Origin: Patescibacteria group bacterium
GTDB lineage: Bacteria; Patescibacteriota; Patescibacteriia; Patescibacteriales; UBA12075
DNA: 43,773 nucleotides
Direction: 5' to 3'
Assembly (NCBI GenBank): GCA_022705905.1
Contig: JAKJDO010000005.1
Location: forward strand, 1-43,773
This document shows positions 26,360-33,050 of this stretch, one piece after another. Positions within the stretch are counted from its first letter, which is position 1, and every line of letters begins with the position of its first letter. A model generated the notes under the pieces. It was not told the origin of the DNA and searched no databases. It was given only the letters and a program-made list of their open reading frames with translations. Made by a program: the position numbers and the translations under genes.

Positions 26360-26704
26360 ATGGACGAAGATTTAAAGCAAACTTTGGAGAAGCTTGTCCA
26401 GCTGACCGAAGAAAACAACAAGCTACTTAAAAAGATTAATTTTTTCGTAAACACGCAAAGAATTTGGGGCGCAATAAAAATATTGATTATTGTTGTGCCG
26501 ATAATTTTAGCTTATATTTATTTGCCAAAATGGTTGGCGGGTTTTCAAGCTGATCCTAGCGCACTACTTAGCAATCCGTGGCTAGAAACATACACCCAAG
26601 GTTTAACAGAGCAGATGCTTAAAAATGCCGATGTGAAAAATGTGGATTTAAATAATATTGACCCGGCCAAATTAGAACAATACAAAAAATTACTGACCAA
26701 ATAA
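26360..26704 (+). CDS. Hypothetical single-TM protein
   Basis: N-terminal coiled segment (LEKLVQLTEENNKLL) and one TM helix. Confidence 0.7.
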   Translation: MDEDLKQTLEKLVQLTEENNKLLKKINFFVNTQRIWGAIKILIIVVPIILAYIYLPKWLAGFQADPSALLSNPWLETYTQGLTEQMLKNADVKNVDLNNIDPAKLEQYKKLLTK

Positions 26705-26707
26705 TTT

Positions 26708-27019
26708 ATGCCGGTGGCTATTTTTCAAAAAGCGGTTTGGGAAGCAACCAAACAAGTGCCGAGGGGCAAGGTGACGACTTATGCGGCTATTGCGAAATTT
26801 ATCGGTCGGCCGCGAGCTGCTCGCGCGGTTGGCAATGCGTTAAATAAAAATCCTTACTCGCCAAAAGTGCCTTGTCATCGGGTGGTAAAAAGCAATGGTA
26901 GTTTGGGCGGTTTTGCCGGAGGTGCGAGAAAGAAAAAGCAGTTTTTAGAAAGAGAAGGAGTAAAAATAAGAAATAATAAAGTAATTGATTTTGGTGAAAA
27001 GATTTTAAATATTATTTAA
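26708..27019 (+). CDS. MGMT-family (O6-alkylguanine DNA alkyltransferase) C-terminal domain protein
   Basis: VPRGKVTTYAAIA, ARAVGNAL, PCHRVV (active-site Cys retained), GGFAGG and KKQFLEREG motifs. Confidence 0.9.
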   Translation: MPVAIFQKAVWEATKQVPRGKVTTYAAIAKFIGRPRAARAVGNALNKNPYSPKVPCHRVVKSNGSLGGFAGGARKKKQFLEREGVKIRNNKVIDFGEKILNII

Positions 27020-27058
27020 CAAAATATTTTGGGAAGAAAAAAATAAGGAGGTTCGTCC

Positions 27059-27226
27059 ATGGCCCTGTATGAAAAATATCTGTTGAAGTGCAAAGATTGC
27101 GGTCATCGGGAAACCGTTTCTGAACTTTCAATCTATGAACCGTCTGCCAAGTCTTGTCCTCATTGCGGCAAGCAATTGATCATTATACCTATTTCCAGCC
27201 AGGAAGGCGTGTCGGCAGTGAGTTGA
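27059..27226 (+). CDS. Small zinc-ribbon protein (55 aa)
   Basis: Manual translation: MALYEKYLLKCKDCGHRETVSELSIYEPSAKSCPHCGKQLIIIPISSQEGVSAVS*. Two CxxC pairs; TAAGGAGGT SD at 27044-27052; GGAGGAC/GTCCTCC hairpin at 27253-27275. Confidence 0.75.
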   Translation: MALYEKYLLKCKDCGHRETVSELSIYEPSAKSCPHCGKQLIIIPISSQEGVSAVS

Positions 27227-27359
27227 CAACGTAATGGGGCAGAACGGTTGTCGGAGGACTTTTTTAGCGTCCTCCCTCTTCCCAAGGTATTTTGTTTTTT
27301 GGTTGCTTTTGGCTAAGATAAGAGATATAATTAAATTAATAAAATATATTAGCTAAATT

Positions 27360-28292
27360 ATGTTTTTCAGTACAGTCACTATTATCGTCGGTTTGTGCAT
27401 TTTTGAAATTATTTGTAGCGTTGATAATGCTATTATCAACGCTAACGTTTTAAAAACCATGCCCGACAAATACCGCAAAATATTTTTGTTTTGGGGTATT
27501 TTGTTTGCAGTTTTTGTCGTGCGCGGTCTTTTACCATTTTTGATTATTTGGATAGCCAATCCAGAAATGCCAATAAAGGAAATTATAATGTCAGCTTTTT
27601 CCAGTTCTAGCCACATGGGAGAGTATTTGAACGAATCAAAGCCCCTGTTGCTTTTAGGCGGCGGTGTTTATTTGTTTTTTGTTTTTCTTGGCTGGCTGTT
27701 TCTCGAGGAAAAAAAGTATGCATTTTTAGCCGAGCACTTTATTCATCGTCAAGGCGTTTGGTTTTATGCCTGCGCTTCTCTTTTTACCACTTTAGTGGTT
27801 TATATATCGCTTAAAATTAACCCTATTTTGGCTTTAGCGGCCACTATTGGCGTGTCTGCTTTTTTTATTACTGACGGTTTTAAAAAAAATGCCGAGGAAA
27901 AAGAAAAAGAGCTTGTTTCCGGGAATATGAGTTCATGGAGCAAGATTTTATATTTAGAGGTGCTGGACACATCTTTTTCAATTGATGGGGTGATTGGCGC
28001 CTTCGCTTTTACCCTGTCTGTTCCCCTGATTATTCTCGGCAATGGTTTGGGTGCTTTTATTGTTCGCGAGCTGACTATTAGAGGCATAGATACAATTGCT
28101 AAATTCGCTTATTTAAAAAATGGCGCCATGTATTCCATTGGCATTTTGGGTAGCATCATGATTTTAGAAAGCTTCGGGGGACATTTTCCTTTTTGGCTAG
28201 CTCCGTTAACGACAGTGTCATTGCTTAGTTTGTTTTTATTTTTATCTTGCCGGGAAATGCGCAAAGAAGAGAAGTTGGTTGTCGCAAAATAA
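27360..28292 (+). CDS. DUF475 / TerC-like integral membrane protein
   Basis: FEIICSVDNAIINA, WGILFAVFVVRGLLP, LEVLDTSFSIDGVIGAFA and YLKNGAMYSIG motifs. Confidence 0.85.
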   Translation: MFFSTVTIIVGLCIFEIICSVDNAIINANVLKTMPDKYRKIFLFWGILFAVFVVRGLLPFLIIWIANPEMPIKEIIMSAFSSSSHMGEYLNESKPLLLLGGGVYLFFVFLGWLFLEEKKYAFLAEHFIHRQGVWFYACASLFTTLVVYISLKINPILALAATIGVSAFFITDGFKKNAEEKEKELVSGNMSSWSKILYLEVLDTSFSIDGVIGAFAFTLSVPLIILGNGLGAFIVRELTIRGIDTIAKFAYLKNGAMYSIGILGSIMILESFGGHFPFWLAPLTTVSLLSLFLFLSCREMRKEEKLVVAK

Positions 28293-28300
28293 AATTAGCT

Positions 28301-29398
28301 ATGGAAAATTTATTAAAAAATTTAGAAGGATTGCGAGAGAAAGCAATTGCCGCAACGGACTTATTAGCGATTGAACGCAAGCGAGTTGAGTTGATGGAAT
28401 TGAAAAAAGCGGCTAGCCAGCCAAATTTTTGGGACGATCAGACTAGGGCGATTGAAACTAATAAGAAGATTGAAGAACTGGACAGTGAAATAAATACTTG
28501 GGATAAATTTCTGCAAGAAGTCCGCGAATTAGAAGAACTAGTAGCTGTAGCCAACAAGGAGGGGGATAGTTCGATTGCTGAAGAAGCCGATAAAAAGTAT
28601 GAGGAGTTAAAAAAAGAATTAATAAAGTTAGAATTTTACATTTTATTTTCTAAAGAATATGACCGCAGTAACGCTATTTTATCAATACACGCCGGCACGG
28701 GCGGAGTTGACGCGCAAGACTGGGCGGAAATTTTAGAGCGAATGTATTTGCGGTTTGCGGAAAAGAAAAAATGGAAGGTGGAATTAGTTGATCGGACTGT
28801 CGGCAATGAAGCTGGCATAAAAAGCGCGACTTATCGGATCAATGGCAGTTGGTCTTATGGCTATTTGCAAAGCGAAAATGGCGTCCATCGTTTAGTGCGC
28901 ATTTCACCGTTTGACGCCGAGGCTATGCGCCACACTTCTTTCGCTCTAGTAGAAGTTATTCCGGAAATGCCGGAGGCGGTTGAAGTAGAAATTAAAGACG
29001 AAGACTTACGCATTGATGTTTTTCGTTCTTCCGGACCTGGCGGCCAAAGCGTCAATACAACCGATTCAGCTGTGCGTATTGTCCATAAGCCGACCAACAT
29101 TGCTGTCACCTGCCAAAGCGAACGTTCACAACACCAGAATAAGGAAAATGCTTTAAAAATTTTAAAGTCAAAATTATATCAGAAACAAATTGAAGAGCGA
29201 GAAAAAGAGGAACTAAAAATGCGTGGCGAAGCGCAAAAAGCGGAATGGGGCAAGCAGATTCGGTCGTATGTAATGCAACCTTATAAAATGGTTAAAGATC
29301 ACCGCACTGATTTTGAAACGCAAGATATCGACGGCGTATTGGATGGGAATTTGGAATCGTTCGCTGAAGCGTATTTGCGATGGATAAAAAGAGTTTAG
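28301..29398 (+). CDS. prfB: Peptide chain release factor 2 (no programmed frameshift)
   Basis: AGTGGVDAQDWA, GVHRLVRISPF (SPF anticodon mimic), SSGPGGQSVNTTDSAVR and QIRSYV motifs; one continuous frame from the ATG at 28301. Confidence 0.97.
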   Translation: MENLLKNLEGLREKAIAATDLLAIERKRVELMELKKAASQPNFWDDQTRAIETNKKIEELDSEINTWDKFLQEVRELEELVAVANKEGDSSIAEEADKKYEELKKELIKLEFYILFSKEYDRSNAILSIHAGTGGVDAQDWAEILERMYLRFAEKKKWKVELVDRTVGNEAGIKSATYRINGSWSYGYLQSENGVHRLVRISPFDAEAMRHTSFALVEVIPEMPEAVEVEIKDEDLRIDVFRSSGPGGQSVNTTDSAVRIVHKPTNIAVTCQSERSQHQNKENALKILKSKLYQKQIEEREKEELKMRGEAQKAEWGKQIRSYVMQPYKMVKDHRTDFETQDIDGVLDGNLESFAEAYLRWIKRV

Positions 29399-29410
29399 AG
29401 TTCATATAAA

Positions 29411-30922
29411 ATGAAATTTTCTAAATCGAAAATTTTTTTATTTTGTTTAATAGATTTTATTGTTGGTGTCGGTATTGCTTCATTTTTGCCGCCGGAGTAT
29501 TTAATTAATGATTTATATTGGTTTGTTGTCTGCCTGTTTTTTGGTTTTTTGGTTATAGTATTTTGGCGGAAACTTAATATCAGATTAATAGGCTTTTTAG
29601 CCTTATTTTTATTTTTAGGGATATGGCGCTATTCTTTCGGTCTAGCTGTTTCTTCTGCGGACGATATTAGTTATTACAATGGTCAGGAAATAAATTTTAC
29701 CGGCAATATTATTAGCGAGCCAGATATTAGGAGCGCAAATCAAAAATTAAAAATTGGTAATATCAAGCTGAGAGACAAAAGTAGCGATATAAAAGGAATA
29801 GTGCTTTTGACTGCCAATCGTTATCCGGAATATGATTATGGCGATCAGTTATTAATAAAATGCAAGTTAAAAGCACCAGAGAAATTTAATGACTTTGCTT
29901 ATGACCGGTATTTAGCGCGCTATAATATTTACTCAGTTTGTTATTATCCTAAGATCAATAAGTTGAGCAGTGATAATGGCAATAAATTGTTAGCTACGAT
30001 TTATGATTTTAAAAATATTGTCCGCAATAAAATAAATCGTAATTTAGCTGAGCCACAAAGTAGTTTAGCGGGCGGAATTTTATTAGGCGACATGCGCAAT
30101 GCCGATGAAAATTTGAAGTTGGCTTTTTCCAGGTCTGGTCTAAGTCATTTGACAGCTGTTTCAGGAATGAACGTTAGTATTTTAGCCTTAGTTTCTATAT
30201 CAATTTTACTTTTTGTCGGAATGAAACGCCGCTATGCCTTTTATATTGCAACTTTATTTTTGGTTGTATTTATTATTTTGGTCGGGATGCCGGCCAGCGC
30301 TGTGCGCGCCGGGATTATGGGTTTTTTGGCTTTACTCGCTTTAAATATTGGTCGGCTAAATCGCATCACCAACGTTTTATTTTTAACCGCTGCTGTTTTA
30401 TTATTTTTTAACCCCAAATTATTGCGCGACGATATCGGTTTTCAGCTGTCTTTTTTAGCAGTCCTTGGTATTATTTATATTTATCCTTTATTTAATATTT
30501 TTTCCAATAAAATGAAGACAGCTTGGCTAAAAGGCATTTTTGATATTTTAGCCATTACTTTAAGCGCGCAAATTTTTACTCTACCAATTATTGCCTATAA
30601 TTTTTCAATAATATCGTTAGTGGCGCCGTTATCAAATTTGTTGGTTTTGTGGTGTATTGCTTTGTTGACGATTGGCTTGATGATCGCTTTATTTTTAAGT
30701 TTTTTATTGCCAGTTTTGGCCTGGTGGCTTTTTTTGCCTTTTGATCTGCTTTTACGGTATGTGGTAAAGGTGGGCGAGATGAGTGCCGCTTGGCCGTTAG
30801 CTTTTTTAGAGATTGACCATTTGTGGCCCGGTTGGTTGTTTGTCTATTATTTTATAGCCGGTTCAACGGTCGCTTATTTTACGAAAAAAAATAAAATTCA
30901 GGATAATTTAATTTATTTTTAA
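29411..30922 (+). CDS. comEC: ComEC/Rec2 DNA-uptake channel (DUF4131 + Competence domain; no beta-lactamase domain)
   Basis: OB-like segment, GILLGD, SGLSHLTAVSGMNV, ASAVRAGIMG, DIGFQLSFLAV and LSAQIFTLPI motifs. Confidence 0.92.
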   Translation: MKFSKSKIFLFCLIDFIVGVGIASFLPPEYLINDLYWFVVCLFFGFLVIVFWRKLNIRLIGFLALFLFLGIWRYSFGLAVSSADDISYYNGQEINFTGNIISEPDIRSANQKLKIGNIKLRDKSSDIKGIVLLTANRYPEYDYGDQLLIKCKLKAPEKFNDFAYDRYLARYNIYSVCYYPKINKLSSDNGNKLLATIYDFKNIVRNKINRNLAEPQSSLAGGILLGDMRNADENLKLAFSRSGLSHLTAVSGMNVSILALVSISILLFVGMKRRYAFYIATLFLVVFIILVGMPASAVRAGIMGFLALLALNIGRLNRITNVLFLTAAVLLFFNPKLLRDDIGFQLSFLAVLGIIYIYPLFNIFSNKMKTAWLKGIFDILAITLSAQIFTLPIIAYNFSIISLVAPLSNLLVLWCIALLTIGLMIALFLSFLLPVLAWWLFLPFDLLLRYVVKVGEMSAAWPLAFLEIDHLWPGWLFVYYFIAGSTVAYFTKKNKIQDNLIYF

Positions 30923-31001
30923 CTGGTATCGTGCTATAATAAAGTTATATAATGTAAATTAACAAACGAATATAATATGCTTGTTTGCAAAGTTGTTGGT
31001 T

Positions 31002-31250
31002 AAAAAAGCTTCACCAAAGCTATTACAAGTTTTGGATCAAACAGTTAAGATTGGCTATCCGAGTCTCTGTCCTTTTTTGAAGAACAGAGTAGGATGCAAA
31101 GGTAAAATAAGTCTTAGTTCGTTCCATTAAAGGATGTCATGAGTAAATGAACGTCTCGTGAAAATGAATTGAGACTGACTGTTAAAATAGTTTAGCAGGA
31201 CCTATTGTTTTAAGCCAATTCTTGATTAGCCATTTTGGTGGAGCTTTTTT
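31002..31250 (+). ncRNA. Candidate large structured non-coding RNA (family not recognised)
   Basis: 17-bp closing stem (31002-31018 with 31234-31250, one G-U pair), several internal helices and a crossing helix; no long ORF; TGCTATAAT extended -10 at 30932-30940. Confidence 0.55.
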
Positions 31251-31318
31251 AGTACTTTAATTATCCTGGACATTAGTCCAGTTTTTTTGTAGGATTAAAG
31301 TGTATTTAGCTGTATTTA

Positions 31319-31389
31319 CGGAGTATAGTATAACGGTAGTACGCGTCCATGGGGTGGATGTAGCCTGGGTTCAATTCCCAGTACTCCGA
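31319..31389 (+). tRNA. tRNA-Pro (GGG); CCA not encoded
   Basis: Acceptor stem CGGAGTA/TACTCCG, D arm, anticodon arm CGTCC-ATGGGGT-GGATG, T arm CTGGG-TTCAATT-CCCAG. Confidence 0.93.
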
Positions 31390-31401
31390 CAGAAAAAGAT
31401 A

Positions 31402-31478
31402 GGTGGACGTGTTGGCGAATAAGTTATAGCCGCGGTTCTCTGTCTGCCGGCAGGCAGAAATTCCGCTCAGCTCGACCA
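31402..31478 (+). other. Degenerate tRNA-like element carrying a TGCCGGCA palindrome, ending in CCA
   Basis: D-arm-like GGC-GAATAAGTTATA-GCC; T-arm-like GCGG-TTC...GAAATT-CCGC interrupted by TCTGTCTGCCGGCAGGCAGA; ends ..CTCGACCA; no anticodon arm. Confidence 0.45.
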
Positions 31479-31483
31479 AAAAT

Positions 31484-31795
31484 ATGTCAGAAAAAATAAA
31501 CCAATTTTTTTTCGATTATTTTAACCAAATAATAAATTCAGAAGTGATTGGACGCTATTTAGACTATGTTGGCAATCTTTCTTCTCGAGATGTTCTCATT
31601 TTAGTGGTTGTGACGGCGGTTTTGATTTTGATCATGGCTTACCGCAAATTAGGCATAGGAGCTGTTTTTGGCCTGTGCCTTATTTATTTTTTTATTTACG
31701 TAATTTTTTACTCTAATATTTTTGATAATTGGCAGAAAGAAAAAATGGAAGAACAAAGAAGAATGCAGATTTATAATGTGGAATTACAGAAATAA
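31484..31795 (+). CDS. Hypothetical membrane protein
   Basis: 103-aa ORF with two hydrophobic helices. Confidence 0.65.
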   Translation: MSEKINQFFFDYFNQIINSEVIGRYLDYVGNLSSRDVLILVVVTAVLILIMAYRKLGIGAVFGLCLIYFFIYVIFYSNIFDNWQKEKMEEQRRMQIYNVELQK

Positions 31796-31809
31796 TAAAG
31801 TTTTTTATC

Positions 31810-32832
31810 ATGAAAAAAATTTTTATATTCATTATTGTTTTTGTTTTATTTTCGCCGATATCAGCGTCGGCCAGCAATAATTTGGCTGCCAGTTTGTCGG
31901 GTCGGATTTTACTGCAGGTTGAGGCGCGCGGCGAAGCTTGGTATGTCAATCCGGTTAATTTAAAGCGATATTATTTGGGTCGGCCAGAAGATGCTTACAA
32001 CATCATGCGCAAGCTAGGACTAGGCATTACTAATGCAGATTTATATAGAATTATATCCTTTACACCATCTTACCAAGCAACCTTTTTGGAGAGAGCAGTC
32101 TTTGACGCTGTTAACGCCGAAAGAGCTAAAAACGGACGGACGGTATTAATTTGGAACGACGAGCTGGCGGCGGTGGCGCGTGAGCATAGCCAAGATTTAG
32201 CCAAAGAAAATGAGCAATATACCGGCATTGGCTATAGTTGCGACTATCCCTTGATTCATCACGAAGGTACAAGCTTTGGTTTTTATAACAGCGAGCGCCT
32301 TAATAACCGAGGCGTTTATTATTTTAGTAAAAGCGGAGAAAATATCGCGCTCATTCCTGAAGCCCGCTATAAAGTGAGCTTTATCGCCAACGATCCGGCA
32401 AAGACTGAAGTAGAAAATTGTGGCACCTTAGTTTCTGGTATGGATTCTAGTTTTAAAACCGCTATTGAGGAAGCCAAAAATGACGCTGAAAAATTAAATA
32501 TTTTACAAGCAGAAGTAAATAAACGTATAAAGTTATTTCAGCAAGCCAAAACGGTTAATGTTGTTGATGTCAGCTGGTTTAGCACCGACGATTTAGTTGG
32601 TAGTACTGTGAATGGGTGGATGAATAGCGAGGGTCATCGGCGCAATATTTTAGACTCTGATTATACGGAATCTGGCTTGGGCATAGCTAGTATAAATGGC
32701 TATATGATTGCCACGCAAGTTTTTATAAGGCGGGCAAGTTGCGGTTTTGAAACAGGTCCTTGTTGTGAAAAGATAGGTTATTATCCATATTGCTTCACGC
32801 CTTTGACTTGTCAGGATAGAACTTGTCGTTAA
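31810..32832 (+). CDS. Secreted CAP (SCP) domain protein
   Basis: Signal peptide; GRILLQVEARGEAWYVNP module; VNAERAK, VAREHSQDL, GENIA and GWMNSEGHRRNIL CAP motifs; Cys-rich tail. Confidence 0.85.
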   Translation: MKKIFIFIIVFVLFSPISASASNNLAASLSGRILLQVEARGEAWYVNPVNLKRYYLGRPEDAYNIMRKLGLGITNADLYRIISFTPSYQATFLERAVFDAVNAERAKNGRTVLIWNDELAAVAREHSQDLAKENEQYTGIGYSCDYPLIHHEGTSFGFYNSERLNNRGVYYFSKSGENIALIPEARYKVSFIANDPAKTEVENCGTLVSGMDSSFKTAIEEAKNDAEKLNILQAEVNKRIKLFQQAKTVNVVDVSWFSTDDLVGSTVNGWMNSEGHRRNILDSDYTESGLGIASINGYMIATQVFIRRASCGFETGPCCEKIGYYPYCFTPLTCQDRTCR

Positions 32833-32859
32833 TTTTGTGGGTTTTTAGTTATGCGCAGA

Positions 32860-32888
32860 TTGACAAAATGCAATAATTTTGCTAATAT
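32860..32888 (+). promoter_or_regulatory. Sigma70-type promoter for the 33051 gene
   Basis: TTGACA-17 bp-TAATAT with a TG extension. Confidence 0.7.
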
Positions 32889-33050
32889 ATAGATAGAATG
32901 TCAAAAGCATTCGAAAATAAAAATAAAAACAAAAATGTACAATTTTATATTATTGACTTTTGATATATTAAAAAAGGCAACAGACGGAAAGGTTTAGTAT
33001 TAAACTTTTGTTCTGTTGCTTTTTTATATTCTAAAAATAAAAACAAAAAT

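Noticed and set aside
28247-28300. Upstream TTG start for prfB
   Set aside because: It overlaps the DUF475 gene and adds a non-homologous N-terminus; the ATG at 28301 fits RF2 length.
31002-31260. tmRNA, RNase P or group I intron identity for the structured RNA
   Set aside because: The minus-strand CTCCACCA has no T arm before it; there is no GAGGAAAGUCC; the minus-strand CAGAGACUC resembles a group I R element but has no S partner downstream.
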